This document shows positions 1 to 15,739 of a DNA stretch of 64,000 nt, piece by piece. Within the stretch, counting starts at the first letter, position 1; each line of letters opens with the position of its first letter. The position numbers were made by a program, and so were the translations under genes. Where the stretch lies: assembly GCF_009914755.1 (NCBI RefSeq), contig NC_060925.1, one strand, 5' to 3'. The stretch comes from the human T2T-CHM13v2.0 reference genome, Homo sapiens. Under the pieces are notes generated by a model. It did not search any database, was not told where the DNA came from, and saw nothing but the letters and a program-made list of their open reading frames with translations.

Positions 1-2390
1 TGCCCATTTTTCTATTGGATCATTTGTCATTTTCTCATTGATTGCAGAAGTTCTTCAGATATTCTTAATGGTAGTCTTTTGTAATGTGGTGTGTGTGTGT
101 GTGTGTGTGTGTAACTACAAATGTCTTCTTCTCCTCTGGTTTGCTTTTTCACTCTCTTAAGCATGTCTTTTGGTGAACAGAAAATTTTTATTTAAATGAA
201 GTCTAGTTTGTCAGTCTCTTACTTTAGGGTTAATGCTTTTCATTCCTGTTAAATCTTTGGTCATTGTAAGGTCACGCAGATACTGTTTTTCTGTTTTCTC
301 CCAGAAGTTTTATTGTTTTATGTTTCACACATATGTCTTCATATGCCTGGAACTGAATTTTGTATGTGGTTTGAGGTGGAGGAATAAACATTTACTTTTT
401 CCCATCATATGGATGTTCAACCGACATCATATGATTTATTGAAAAGATGATTGTTTCCCCACTGCAATGCGATGATATCTTCGTTGAAAATCAAGTAACT
501 ATATATATGCATTTCTGGACTATATTGTCTCCCATCTACCCTTGCACCAGTTGTTTTGTTCTTCTTCAAGACTGTCTTCTTCATTTAGAACCAGCTTGCC
601 AATTTCTACCAGAAAACCAACCAAGCAAACAACAAACAAAAAGACTCCTAGAATTTGGGAAAGGACTAACATCTTCACCATATTGAGTCTTTTAACCCAT
701 GAATTTGGTGTATCTCTCTATGTGTTTAGATTTTCTATAATATCTCTCAGTAATGCCCTGTAGTCTTCATTGTACAGAATTTTAATATTTTTCACCAGAT
801 TTATTCCTAGGTATATGATTTTTGATACTGATATATATAGGCTCTGTAAGTTTTTTATTTTAAAATTGTGTATTGCTAGCATATAGGGATACAATTACTT
901 TTTAATATTAGCCATATATCCAGTGACCTTGGTAAATGCACTTCTAAGTTTTAATAGTTTACATATATAAGTTCTTTTGGACTTTTTATATTCACAGTCA
1001 TGTTATTCTCTAATAATGACAGATTTTTGGTTTTACATTTCTTATTTATTTTAATTTTGTATTGCCTTATTGTACTGGCTATATCTCCAGTGTAGTGTTG
1101 AATTGAAATCATATTAGCAGACATCCTTATCTTGTTCCTGATTTCAAAGGGGAAATCTTTATATATTTTACTACTTAGCATAATATTTGGTGTTATTTTA
1201 AAAACATTTTAACAAAATCAGATTAATGGAGTTCCTTTCTACTTCTAGTTTTGAAAGTATTTTACTATAAATAAGCATCGAATGCATTTTCTGCATCTAT
1301 TGAGATCATTCATTCTTTTCCTTTATTCTGTAAATGTGGTGAATTACATTGATTGGCTTTTAAATGTCAAGTCGTTTTTATATATAATTTTTATATCATT
1401 GTATTTGATTAGCTAATATTATGTTTAGACTTTCAATGATGTTCATGAGGGAGACTGATATATAATTTTCCTTTCTTAACAAAGTTTTGTCAGGTTTTAG
1501 TACCACATTTATAAATACTATCCTCATAAAACAAATTGGGGAGTGTTTTTCTTTTTCTATTATCTTGAAGTATTTGTGGAAAATTTATGCCCAGTTCTTT
1601 ATTAAATACTTAGAAGAGTTCAACTGGGAATCCATGTAGTCCTAGAGTTAGGAAATTTTAAAATTACAGATTTAATTTCTTCATTAGAAATAGGACACAT
1701 AATAAGTTCTATTTATCTTAGTGTTAATTTTCGTAACTTGTGTATTTCAAGAATTTTTCCATTTTGTGAAAAGTTTCAAATGTATTGGCAGTTCTTCATA
1801 ACGTCCCCTTACATTTTTAACATTTGTAGGATCTGATTTGTAGTGATGGTCCTTTTTTAACTCCTGATGTTGGAATATATGTTTTCTCTGTTTTGTCTTT
1901 GAAAAGTTTTTGATTAGTCTTTACAAAGAATCAACTTTTGGCTTTGTTGATTTTTTTATTCTGTGTTTTTTTTTTTCCAACTGTTTCATTGATTCATGCT
2001 CTTATCTTTATTATACTCTCTCTTGCATTTCTTTGGGGTTTAACTTGCTCTTCTTTAATAGGTTCTTGAAATGGATGCTTTGATTATTGATTTTCATGCT
2101 TCATTTCTATTGTATGTATTAAGGCTTTATTTCTAATAATATGAATATAAATTTCCTTCTAAGAACTGCTTTAGTTGTGTCTCTCATGTTTTGATATCTT
2201 GGGTCTCTATAACCATTTAGTTCACAGAATTGTCTAATTTCCATTGTGAATTCTTCTGTCCTCTGTGGGTGATTTAGAAGTATGTTGTTTAATTTCCAGA
2301 CATTTGGTGATATTCGAGTTTTTTGTTACTGGTATTTTGCTTAGTTTCTCTATGGGCAAAGGACATACTCTGTATGATTTCAGTTATTTG
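1..2390 (-). mobile_element. Old LINE-1 (L1M-type) ORF2 remnant
   Basis: T-rich antisense L1 ORF2 motifs, e.g. TTTATTCCTAGGTAT, CATCCTTATCTTGTTCCTGATT, GCATTTTCTGCATCTATTGAGAT, CAAAGAATCAACTTTTGG. Confidence 0.85.
89..112. repeat. (GT)12 microsatellite
   Basis: Direct reading. Confidence 0.95.
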
Positions 2391-2774
2391 AGGGACGTTG
2401 TCTGTCTCGTTCCTCAATGTATACCAGTTTCTAGTGCAGTGACCAGAATATATTAGGAGCTTAATAAAGGGGTGGTCCAGTTCTTGACTTCAACATGGGG
2501 CACAGCAGTGATCTGATTTGCCCCCTGTGCTACAAGTGAACCTCAAAATCTGGAAAGATTTCACACCTGAACACATCCTGGGATTTTGAGATTTTGATTG
2601 AAATTGCATTGAAACTACAGATTAATATAGGGGAGAATTGACATCTTTATAATTTGAAGATAATCGACATATTTATAATTTTATGTATTTCAAACTATAA
2701 ATAGGATATCTCTTTCCACTTATTTAACTCATTATGAGAGGCAACATAATACAAGATTAAGAGCATGGATTCTT

Positions 2775-3942
2775 TTCCAAAGTTGAATCAGTAATAAAAA
2801 CCTGCTAGCCAAAAAAAAGCCCTGGATCAGATGGATTCACAGCCACATTCTACCACACATATAAAGAAGAGCTGGTACCGATCCTACAGAAACAATTCCA
2901 AAAAATCGAGAAAGAGGGATTCCTCCCTAATTCATTCCATGAAACCGGTATCATCCTGATACCAAAGTCTGGCAAGACACAGCGAAAAAGAGAGAACTAC
3001 AGACCAATATTCCTGATGAATATAGATGATCAAATCAACAACTGAATTCAGCAGTATATCAAAAAGTTAATTTGCTACAACCAAGTAGGCTTTATTCCTG
3101 GGATACAAGGTTGACTCAACATATGCAAATCAATAAATGCGATTCACCACATAAAATTAAAAACAAAAACCATATGATCAACTCAATAGATGCAGAAAAA
3201 GCTTTTGATAAAATCCAGCATCCCTTCATGATAAAAACCCTCAACAAAGTAGTCATCGAAGTAACATACCTCAAAATAATAAGAGCCATCTATACCAAAC
3301 CCACAGCTAACATTAAACTGAATGGGCAAAAGCTGGAAGCATTCCCTTTTAGAACTGGAACATGACAAGGATGCCCCCTTTCACCACTCCTGTTCCACAT
3401 AGTACTGGAAATCCTAGCCTGAGGGATCGGGCAAGAGAAAGAAATAAAAGGCATACAAATAGGAAGAGAGGAAGTCAAACTCTCTCTCTTTACTGCTGAT
3501 ATGATTCTATACCTAGAAAACCCTCAAGACTCTGCCAGAAGGTTCTGAGACCTGATAACCAACTTCAGGAAACTTTTAGGATACAAAATCAACATACAAA
3601 ATCAGTAGCATTTCTATACACCAATAATGTTCAAGCTGACAGCCAAATCAAGAATGCAACAATAGCCATGCATGTGCACCTAGGGATATATCTAAACAAG
3701 GAAGTGAAAGATTTCTACAAGGAGAGCTACAAAACACTGCTGAAAGAAATCATAGATGACACAAACAAATGGGAAAACATCCCATGTCCGTAGACTGAAA
3801 GAGTCAATATCATTTAAATGTCCATACCACCCAAAGCAATCTACAGATTCAATGCTATTCCTGTCAAATTACAAATTCTGTTTTTCACAGAATTAGAATA
3901 ACCTATTCTAAAATTCATATGGAACCAAAAAGGAGCCTGAAT

Positions 3943-3982
<40 letters not shown>

Positions 3983-5442
3983 TGAGCAAAAGAAAAAAAA
4001 AGCCAAAGACATCAATTACCTAACTTCAAACTACACTACAAGGCTACAAGTAGCCAAAACAGCATGGTACTAGTACAAAAATAGCCACGTACACCAATGG
4101 AACAGAATACAGAACCCAGAAATAAATCTGCACAACCTACAACCAATTGATCTTTGACAAAGTCAGCAAAAAGAAGCAGTGGAGAAAGGACTCCCTATTC
4201 AATAAATGGTGCTGGGAAAACTGGCTAACGATATGCAGAAGAATGAAACTGGATCCCTGTGTATCACCATATACAAAACTCAAGATGGGTTAGATACTTA
4301 AATGTAAGACCTCAAACTATAAATATCCTAGAAGAAAGCCTAGAAACAGTCCTTCTGCACATCACCCTTGGCAAAGAATATGACTACGTCCTCAAAAGCA
4401 ATTGCAACGAAACAAAAAACTGACAGGTGGGACACAATTAAACTTTAAAAAGCTTGTGCACAGCAAAAGAAACTATCAACAGAGAAAACAGACAATCTAC
4501 AGAATGGGAGAAAACATTCACAAACTATGCATCTGACAAAGCACTGATATCCAGAATCTATAAGGAACTTAAACAAATCAACAAGAAAAAAAACCAAATA
4601 ACCCCATTAAAAAGTGGGCAAAACATGAACACTTTTCAAAAGAAGACATACATGCAGCCAACAAGCATGTATGTCAACAATCTCAACATCACTGATCATT
4701 AGATAAATGCACGTCAAAACCACAATGAGATACCACTTCACACCAGTCAGAGCAATTATTATTAAAATGTCAAAACAGATGTTGGTGAGGCTGTGGAGAA
4801 AAGGGAAAGCTTATACACTGTTGGTGGGTAGGTAAATTAGTTCAGCCACTGTGGAAAGCAGTTTGGAGATTTCTCAAAGACTAAAATTAAAACTACCGTT
4901 CAACTCAGGAACCCCATTACTGAGAATATTCCCAAAGGAAGATAAATAGTTGTACCAAAGAGACACACGCACTTGAATGTTTATCACAGCACTATTCACA
5001 ATAGCAAAAACCTGGAATCAACCTAGGTGCCCATTAACAGTAGACTGGATAAAGAAAATATGGTACATACACACCATTGAATACTACACAGTCACGAAAA
5101 AGAATGAAATCATGTCCTTTGCAGCAACACGGATACAGCTGGAGGCTATTATCCTAAGCAAATTAACTCAGGAACAGAAAACCAAATACTGCATGTTCTC
5201 ATTTATAAGTGGGAGCTAAATCTTGGGCACACATTTATATAAAGACAGGAAAAACAGATGCTAGGGACTCCAAAAGGAGGGCGGGAGGAAGAGGGGAAAG
5301 GGCTAAAAACTTTTCTATTGGGTACTGTGTTCACTGTCTGGGTGGTGGAATCAGTAGAAGCCCAAACTTCAGCATCACACAATATGCCTTTGTAACGAGC
5401 CTGCACATGTACCTTGAAAACTGAAATTAAAAGAAAAACAAA
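2775..5442 (+). mobile_element. 5'-truncated LINE-1 (L1PA16/L1PB-like), ORF2 RT and C-terminal remnants plus 3'UTR
   Basis: ORF fragments [24 protein letters not shown]..., CTAKETI..., MFITALFTIAKTWNQPRCP...; L1P 3'UTR and A-rich tail; many stops and frameshifts. Confidence 0.95.
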
Positions 5443-6571
5443 ACTGTATCTCTGGGAATTCTCTGATGCCTGGCTTAAAGATATTTTCCTTTCCTCCAGG
5501 AGAGTCTTTCATTTGCATCAGCCAGTCACCTGAGGGAACTGCCAGCCCTGGATCACAAGAAAGCAAATTATTGGCTTTAGGTTTCTAGAACCAGCAAGAT
5601 AGTGTGAATTTGTACAGCAAAGCTACATAAGGGCTAGCTGGTAGTTGTTAATTTTCAGGGGAGATGTTTTTCTCCCTTCTATTCAGTGTCAGGTTTAAGG
5701 CAGGCAGGTGGGGCACTGATTTATTTTGAATTCACCATTAGACTGAATTGTAGCCTTTGGGTTTCAGGTTTATGGGTTGATGCTGGGGGTATGGTCCCCT
5801 ACTGGACTTCCCACTGTTGACAAGCCCCCTCGGTTTGTGGAAATTGAAGCTCAATGTAAAGGCTGACATCAGTATAAGGCTTACCTCTCTGGGTGCCTGC
5901 TTCTCATGATTTTAGGCTTTTGAATTTACCTTTCATTCTTTTCCAGTTTATTAATGCATTTACAAAGAGGTTTTAAATCTTTTGTCTGAATATTTGTTGT
6001 TGTCTTTACTGAGAGAACTAATCAGTAAACTACTCCACTATACTTCATAACTGAAGTCTGTAATGTTTGAAAACAATATAGTTTTCTATATTAGTGAAGC
6101 TAGCTGAACAAATTTATGGTTTGTTAACAACAGTACAAAAGCAGTTGAATTAACACAATTTATGTAAACATGCACTCTTACTGGCCCATGCTAGATGTGG
6201 GTCAATTTTGAGAACATCAGTGAAGTCCACAAGGACAGGTACTTAACAAATGGCGCCATGGAGTGTGCTTAGTCGGGGTACATCTCAATACATGTCCCAC
6301 ATTTTCATCACTGTGATGGTTCTCAGTGCTGATCCCAATCGCTTCATGAAAAAAGAGAAAATGGACCCAAACATTCCCAATGTTAGACCACTGACCACTA
6401 CGACATTTCGGGCTCTGGGATTTATCCAGTGCTTTGTAAAATTCTAGGAAAACTGAGTCTTCTTGGTGAGCGTAATTCACTTTCAGCTTAGTAAGTTCCC
6501 TGGAAATGAGACCCCACTGATAGGGAGGAAGCCTGGTTATTTATTATAAATACATTCTCAAGTTTATACAT

Positions 6572-6792
6572 AAAGTGGTTAAGAGCACTCAAGCCAGACT
6601 ACCAGACTTGGAGTCTAGGCTCCCCCACTTAAAAGTGGTTGCCTCTTCCCTGTGCCTCAGTTTTCTCATTTGTGAAATGGGGATAATACTAGAAACTATC
6701 CCGCAGGTTTGTTGTAAGGCTTGAATGCATGAGTACGTGTGAAACACCTGGAATGTACCTGGAACACAGAGGTGAACTTCAAAAAGGTAAGC
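6572..6792 (+). mobile_element. MIR SINE
   Basis: GTGGTTAAGAGCAC...CTGTGCCTCAGTTTTCTCATTTGTGAAATGGGGATAATA core. Confidence 0.85.
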
Positions 6793-6854
6793 ATACAGAA
6801 ACTTAGAGCAAGATTCAGACTTAACAAAACCTGAGAATTTATCCTAAAATATGA

Positions 6855-7223
<369 letters not shown>

Positions 7224-9379
7224 TAGTGATTTTATTGTGCTCAGAATAGTCAAACAGTAAGAAATGAAAGCAGGTTCCAGTAGTCAGTCACCTTGTCCAT
7301 GTGGGCAGCTTAAGTTCAACCCGGACATCGACATTGTTTCAAACAAGATTAGAGTGTTTACAAGTCTTGTCACATCAGTAAGACCTGAGGTCTGATGTGT
7401 TGGGGCCTTCAAAGCCTTTTAATTCTCCATGGTCCTTCATCTGGGGAATTAGTTCAGTAAATATTTCTAACAAGTTTCCATGACTACACCACCCAACAGC
7501 ATCAACATAAACAATGTCTCCACACTCTGCTTCATCTTCCAAAATTTCAGTAAACACAATAGTTGAAGCATGAGAACAACAACAACAAAAAACTTCACAA
7601 TTTTGGTGGCTTCCTTTATGATATGATGCAATGAACGTGATTTGCAATGTGCACAGTTTATACTCTTCAAATGAATAATATGGTGCAAACTCTTTGCATG
7701 GGAAGAAACTGCTGAGACCCCTCTTCCCCCATCTCTCCCCTCATTGCAGGTGTCCTATCTGCTAGCAGTGAGCTCAGTTTTTGCATGTTTATAGCCACAC
7801 TCTCTTTTTAACAAGCTCTTCTTAGTTTTGGTTACGTTCTCGTTTTGTCAAGTCTCCTGTGACCTGCCTTTCAGGGCCAGGAGTCGCATGTTCCTCCCTG
7901 GTCTCATGGAGGAAGGGAGAGAGGCACCTTCCTAAGTATGAACCTTGCTTTACGTTTCTGAATTTTTCTTGTTTTCTTTGTTAATATTTGTTGAGCATTT
8001 ACTATGTGTCAGGCACTATTCTAGGTGCTTTTCATGTAATTCATTCTGTCGGGAAGGCAACAAGCTCCTTAAGCTACATTTGCCTTTTTTGAATGGGTCA
8101 GGAGCAAAGGAAGAGTGAGAGGCCCAAATAAAAATTATTATCTGCCTCTAGACATGTGCTGGACATGGCCTTACTCTGTGCCTCCTGTCTCTGTGGATGG
8201 CTCCACTCTTCACTCACCATGGGAGGCAGAAACTTAGAAGTCATATGAGACCTTCCTCCCTTCCCACAGCCCATCAATTCCTGGTCTCACGGCCGCAGCC
8301 CCATTGGCTTATCTCAATCATAGCTATTTTCACATTGATCTGTAACCCTCTGTCTTCCCTGTTAGGACACAGACTCTCTTTGATCTCTGAATACCCAATT
8401 CCATAGCAGGCCCTCCAAAGACACTGGCTGAATGAATGAACGAATGAAGTTCTGTCGTTTCTACCTAAGAATTTCTTGAGTTATCCTTCTCCCCTCACCC
8501 CATTGACTGCCCAACATAGGGTCCTACTCTTCTCAACAGAACTCTTACAGTAACTTCCTAACTGATGTTCCCTCTCTCCACTTTGCCCTATTCCCACTCA
8601 CTTTCCTCATTGTCTTGAGGGTTATCTCTCTAAAGGACAAATCAGAGTGTGCCTTTGCTCTGATTAAACCCTTCAGTGCTTCTCATTGCCCTGGGGATAA
8701 AGTCAAGGCATCATCTCTTGTCTCTGTCTTTCCTGAGCCCTGTGTCTAGCCATATGAATGGTAGTGTACGTGGTATGGGTGTGTATTTAGGCCCCAGTTC
8801 CTCTGCACGTGTGCCTTTTACCTAGGATGTCACTGCCTTTTCTCTGCCTGGAAATCTCCTGTCCATCCTTTGAGCCCCAGCTCAAATGTCCTTTGATCTG
8901 TGAAGACTTCTGGGACCCTACAGCCTCCACCTTTAGAGGATTAGATCTCTATTTGAGCATTTGTGGGCTGGCTGTCATAGTTTGCTCACGTATCTATGCC
9001 TCCATCTCTCCCCACCTGACTAGATTTTCAGTCCCTGAAGAGCACAGTCCTGAGCTCGGTATCCCTAGCTCCTTGGCAGGCTTCAAAGAATACAAGAGGG
9101 AAGGAGGAGGGAGATCCCATCTTCTATGAACAGTGAAAACTGTTGTCGATCCAAAGGGTCTGGAAGAAAAGCCTGCATCGACCCTGTGACTGACAGATCT
9201 GCTGAAGACAGCCCAGCCCTCAAACGTAGGCTTGACGCCAACCTCCTTCTTCTCATCTCCCTTCTTCAACCCTCTCCTCTCATTCCTTCCTTCACGCCCT
9301 TCTTCCCTTCCTCCCTTTTCCCTCTTTCTGTTTTATTCACTTTCCTTTCCTGCCTTCTTTCCATTGCTGTTTCACTTTG

Positions 9380-10640
9380 GCATTAATCATATATTGCACA
9401 AACCATATTATAGCAATATTAATGGAAGTAAGTAAATAATAGTGCCCCCACAATTCTGCTACTCCAACAAATCAGATTGGTTTCATTTGTCTATATTGCC
9501 TTCCCATGTCTGTATGCCCACATCATTTTGCATAGTTGTCATCATAATGTAGTTTTAATTTTGTAGTCTACTTTGTAACTTAATATCAGAAGCATTTTCC
9601 ATGCTCCTGCATAATCTTCACAATTATTATTGTAATGGCTGAGTAATATTCCATTGAATGGATATGCCAAGTTTTACTTAACTGTTTCCTTTCTGTTGGA
9701 CAGTTCCAGTTTTTCCCTGTTGCAGAGAGTGCTGTAATAAATAAGCATGTTCTTTTACTTCTTTCTCTTTCTTGCTCCTTCTGTTCCCTTTTTTTTTTAC
9801 CTTTTTCTCTCTTCACTTTTTTTTCTTGTATCTCCTTCTGCCTCCTTGACTGCAGCTCTCTCTCCTACAGCAATAATTTGCTTCTGAGTGGATACAGAAA
9901 TCATCATAGTGGGACCTAGGGTTTTGAGAAAAATTACTAAAAATTTGTAATAAAATGTTCCCAAGGACACTTTTGTTACATTTGTGCCCTTAAAAAGAAT
10001 TAAATGATAAATCTTTTTGTTCACAAGAGGTAGGAACACAGGACCAGGTGGGACCAGGTAAGACCAAATTGGAGAAGGCTAAAATCTGTGACAGGGACAT
10101 GTTTATTTGTAGTGGGAGAAAATGAGACACAAATGCCTATCAATAGGGAAATGGCTAAACAAACTATGATGTGTTTATGCTAGAATTATGTATCATTTAG
10201 AGATTGCAGAGCTAGATGTACTGACTTGATAAGACTTTTTTAGTGAATCTAGCTGCAGAATATTTGTAGTTTACAATTCATGTAAAAAATAACAAAACCC
10301 AAACCCATGATAGTACTACATTTTTTTTGAATATATATATATTTGCATATATAAATGTGTGTATAGGGGTATATACATACTCTTATTTATATGTAATGTA
10401 AACATACTTGTGTGTAAATGTACATATACACACACACTTATGCAAATACATAGAAAAATTCCTGGAAATATACACATCAAACTGGTAACAATGGTCACCT
10501 CTGCGTTTAGATGAAAGGGTCTTGATTTAGGGAACTGGTTAAATGGAATTTGAGCCTGAACTACAGTGGTTTCACTTTTTTATCAAGGAAAGCGCATTCA
10601 CATATTGTTTGTATAATGAAACATTAATTGAAAATGTTGC
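9380..10640. mobile_element. Ancient L1ME-type 3'-end fragments (~9380-9760 minus, ~10100-10640 plus)
   Basis: AATATTCCATTGAATGGATATGCC and AAATGCCTATCAATAGGGAAATGGCTAAACAAACTATG motifs. Confidence 0.6.
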
Positions 10641-11624
10641 CACTGTTGTGTCTTTCTGCTTACCATCTTGCACTGACCAGCTTCTGATTTAGGGGCTTGC
10701 CATCAACAAGTGAAATGTAATAGGAGAATGCTATTAAATATGCAAATGTCCTTTGGGAAGTGTGGGCTTTTTGCTTTTTCAGTTGTAATGTTGGTCTTTT
10801 AAGACAGTGCTGGTGGGCCTGGGGCAGGGGAGAACAAGGCCTGCTCTTCCAGGAGATAAGGAGCCCCCCAAATCAGGCATCATCCCAGCCAGTCCTTCCC
10901 GCCCTCTCCTGGCAGGTGGAAGTTGGCGGGGGTTGAAGTGTAGTCCCTTGCACTGAGTCCTGGCTGGAGGACAACAGATGGGGCCACACAGCCCTGCTGC
11001 TCAGACCGAGGGGAACAGGTGGAGGTTCCAGGGTCAGAGTGTGAATGCTGGCGATTCATGAGTGGTGCAGGTGGGCAGAGTGCCAGCTCAGGGGCAGCGA
11101 CAGCTGGGCAGCATGTGGGCAGGAGAGGGAGTTGGGCAACGGGGCTGGGAGACTGGGTGGGTCCAGCCATGGAGGAGGAGGTACTAGAGGCCAGAGAACA
11201 AGAGAGGGAAAGAGGGGGAAACCCCCTCAGGCTGGACAGGAGTGAGGTCAGAGGTCCCTGGCTGACCTGAGAGGCTTAGGAAGCTGCAGGGTGAGTGGAC
11301 ATGCTGGTAGAGAAGGGTGCCCCTGCTCTGCCTCCTCTCACGTCTCCTTTACCCCCAGCTGTCCCCTACCTAGCCCTAACCTGAGGCATTTGGGCCATTG
11401 CAGCAGCTGTGCCAGCCCTTTGGCACTGTCAGGGCATGGGCAGGGGAGGGACGCAGCTGCCACCCACCCCCTTGCAGATAGGGGGTGGGAACGCAAGGAG
11501 GTGGCCAGGTTGGAGAAGACTCAAGCACGTGATGGGGCACTGCACTTTTCTCTCCAGAACTACCTGCCCATGTACCCTTCACCCCATTCTCTTTAGTTAG
11601 GTGTTAGGGTAGGAAAGGTAATGA

Positions 11625-11850
11625 TCATTATTAGCATTTACCAAACACTCGCTGTAATGCAAGGCACAGTGCTGTTGATTGTATAATGTATCACTGAATC
11701 CTCCCAACAGCCCATTAGGAAAGTATTATAATTTCTATTTTACAGATGAGAAAACGGAGGCTTCTTGGTTCAGTAATGTGCACAAAGTCACACACTAAGA
11801 AGAGACATAAGTGAGATTTCATGCCAGATTTTTTGGCACTAGAGACCAAA
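11625..11850 (-). mobile_element. MIR SINE
   Basis: ATTTTACAGATGAGAAAACGGAGGC core. Confidence 0.8.
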
Positions 11851-12025
11851 CTTAAAACCTTTGAGGAGTATTGAAATAACAGAGAGTTCCATGCCCAGTC
11901 GAGGGCCAGCCGTCCCCCAACAAGGGGTAACTTCTGGACGTGGTGGATGGGTCTAAGTTAGCCCTCCTCACTGTGGGAATTGTAGAGCAGCCAGATGAAG
12001 TGGGGTGAAAGTAAAGGAGCTGGAA

Positions 12026-12359
<334 letters not shown>

Positions 12360-14084
12360 CTATGGGAACAAAGCACTTTGGACTGGACGTCAGGAGAGCG
12401 AATCTGTCTCTTCCCTCCAAGGGAGCGGGTCTGCTGGGCCTTCTTAGGCGCCGTCCCTTTTGGCCTTTCTGCAGGTGAGCTCAGGAGAGGCTCGGGCAGG
12501 TGGGGAGCTGAGGCGCTGCCTGTTTCGTCTGTTCTGGCCCATGATGTCGGGTGAAGCATCTCAGCTGAAGCCTTGCGCAGTGCTCCGCCAGGCGCTATAA
12601 TGCTGAGCCCAGCTATGGCTCCTCCTTCTTCTCCCTTCCGCGGGAACCCAGCACCTAGCGCGGCGGAGCAGGGAACTCAGGCTGCGGGACTGGGGTCTGG
12701 CCCTGCCCAGCTCCTCGCCCACGCCCAGGCTTCCGTTAGGCCAGCAGGGGGACCCCGAGCCCCGGACAACAGCCCTGAGCTGGGCGGCTGCTTCTGGCTC
12801 TAGATCCCGCTGCTCAGCCGATCCACCTTCCCCACCTCCCTCCCCCCAGCCTCAGTTTCCTCCTCTGAGAAATGGGAAAATGATTATACTTATTTCACCG
12901 GCAATGCTATGATAGTTAAATAATTCTAAACCATAAAGCGTTGTGAGACTTCCTTCTTGTACTCTTGAAGTGTATTATTTTGAACATTGAACATTCAGTC
13001 AATGTTTCTTGAGCTCTATGCCCCGGGAGCTATTTTAAGCCCTGGATGAAGTCTGTCCAACTCGGGCCGGGGATAGTGATTGAAATAGAAAAGCTCAGTA
13101 AGTGAAGGGCTCCTCTGTGTCTCCCACCCCACTTGACGAGCCAGATGGAGTGAGTGGCTTTTAACTGTAGAGTGGACCCCTCTAGCAAGCTGCTGTTTGC
13201 TTTTCTGGTGTGGAAGGTAGGACTTTGGGATGAGCCCACAGAGGACCAGGGAGCCCAGGCCATCCACTACCTCTTTATCCCGACCTGAGGAACGTGCACT
13301 TAGCGCAAATTCCCTTCCTTCCATGCCCAGTGCTCGCTGGTGACAGGGTTCAGGGCAGAGGGGGTGAGGCAGATCTGAAGGGAATGATTCTAGACTAGCA
13401 CTTTGAGTTCTGCTTAACATCAGGGAGTTGGGGCCAGGATAAGACTGGAGCTGAGGGAATGGGCTGAAGCCGGAATCAGTGGCCAAGCCTCTGTGACCAG
13501 TTCTGATTCCTGAGTATAATGAGTGAATGCCTAGTGTTTCCACACCTGGCTTCCATCGCTGCTGGGAGGGGCTTCACTCAGAGAAATAACTATGAGAATG
13601 TGTACATGGTGGGCTCTCCTGCAGGCTCTCAGGGGACCCAGGGATACTGGCTGAGGACAGGGGCCATTTCATCCCAGTTAGCTTTTTACTGAGTGGAGCA
13701 AAAACTCGTTCCTTCCATGAAGCCTCTGGCTTCAGTCTCAGCCCTTACACCCCAGGACATGGTCCATGAAGCACCTAGTTAGGACTTCAGAAGGATGAGG
13801 TGATGGTTCACGTGGAAGATGTTGCTTTTCAGTTCCTTCTGTTTCGTTCCCTCAGTGGGCTGCAGACTCTCTGAGTGGGCTATTGTGATGAACTGGAAAG
13901 AACCTTGGAGTGGAAATCAGGAGGCCTGAGCTCACGTTTCAGCTCCAGCACTCAGTGGTTTCAGGCCTCTCCTTGAGCCTCAGTGTTTTAATCTGGCAAA
14001 GGGGAGCATAATAGCTTCCCACCCAGGTGGGGTGATGATACAGGGGATAAATGTGAGAAAGGGCCAGACATGTGTTCTGCCTTT

Positions 14085-14965
<881 letters not shown>

Positions 14966-15739
14966 TTTAATTGGGTGTCCTGAATTTAGTCTGGCAGCTT
15001 CACTTCTGCCCCTCCTTCCTTCTTTTCTCTAGTCTTGACAGCCTTCTTCTCCCTTTTGGAACATATAGAAGATAGTGGGGGTATTTGTCTTTCTTGAGGG
15101 ACAAGGACACCTCTTGATGGGTGGGGAGGAATAAGGGAGCGATTAGGGAGTCAGATACCAGGCTGCCTCACCTCCAACAGATATCATCATCTCCCCTGCC
15201 TCAATTTCCCCTTCTGCCTAGTGAGGGGAGGGGAAACAGAGGATTGCTTGCCTTTGAACCCTTGGAGGTGCTGTCGGAGGAGTCCAGGAAGGTGGGGTGC
15301 ATTTGCTGGCTGGGATGGGGTGGGCTGCACAGGACAGCATGAGCGCTTATGAGTCACATGGTGGATCTCCCAGACAGTGGTGGGGTGGCAGGCGGATTGC
15401 CCAGAGGCACCTCTTTGGCCGCAGACAGGGGCAGAGAAGCCAAGAAATCTGTGACTGGTGCCCCGTGGGCTAGGGTTAGGGGTAGGGGCTGGGCCACAGG
15501 CTGTCAGATGAAGAGGAGCTGGTGCTGGGAGAAGGCTGAGTCTTTAATGGAGCTGCAGCATGGCTGGCCAACTGCTGGCCTTGTGTCAGGTGGGGGGGTG
15601 GAGGGGCTTCAGGGAAGGGCTGGGTTGGGGTTGAAGACCTGGGAGCCTCTCCTTAGGACCCAGTGGCAGTGGGGGAGGGCTTGGAGCTGGTGAAGAGCTA
15701 GATACTTCCAGGTCTGGGGACATCCAGAGCTCTGTGCCC

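Noticed and set aside
3072-5219. L1 ORF2-like ORFs as a functional retrotransposon
   Set aside because: 5'-truncated and fragmented by stops and frameshifts.
9240-9370. Pyrimidine-rich tract (also 9750-9870) as triplex-forming DNA
   Set aside because: Low-complexity sequence without a clear long mirror repeat.
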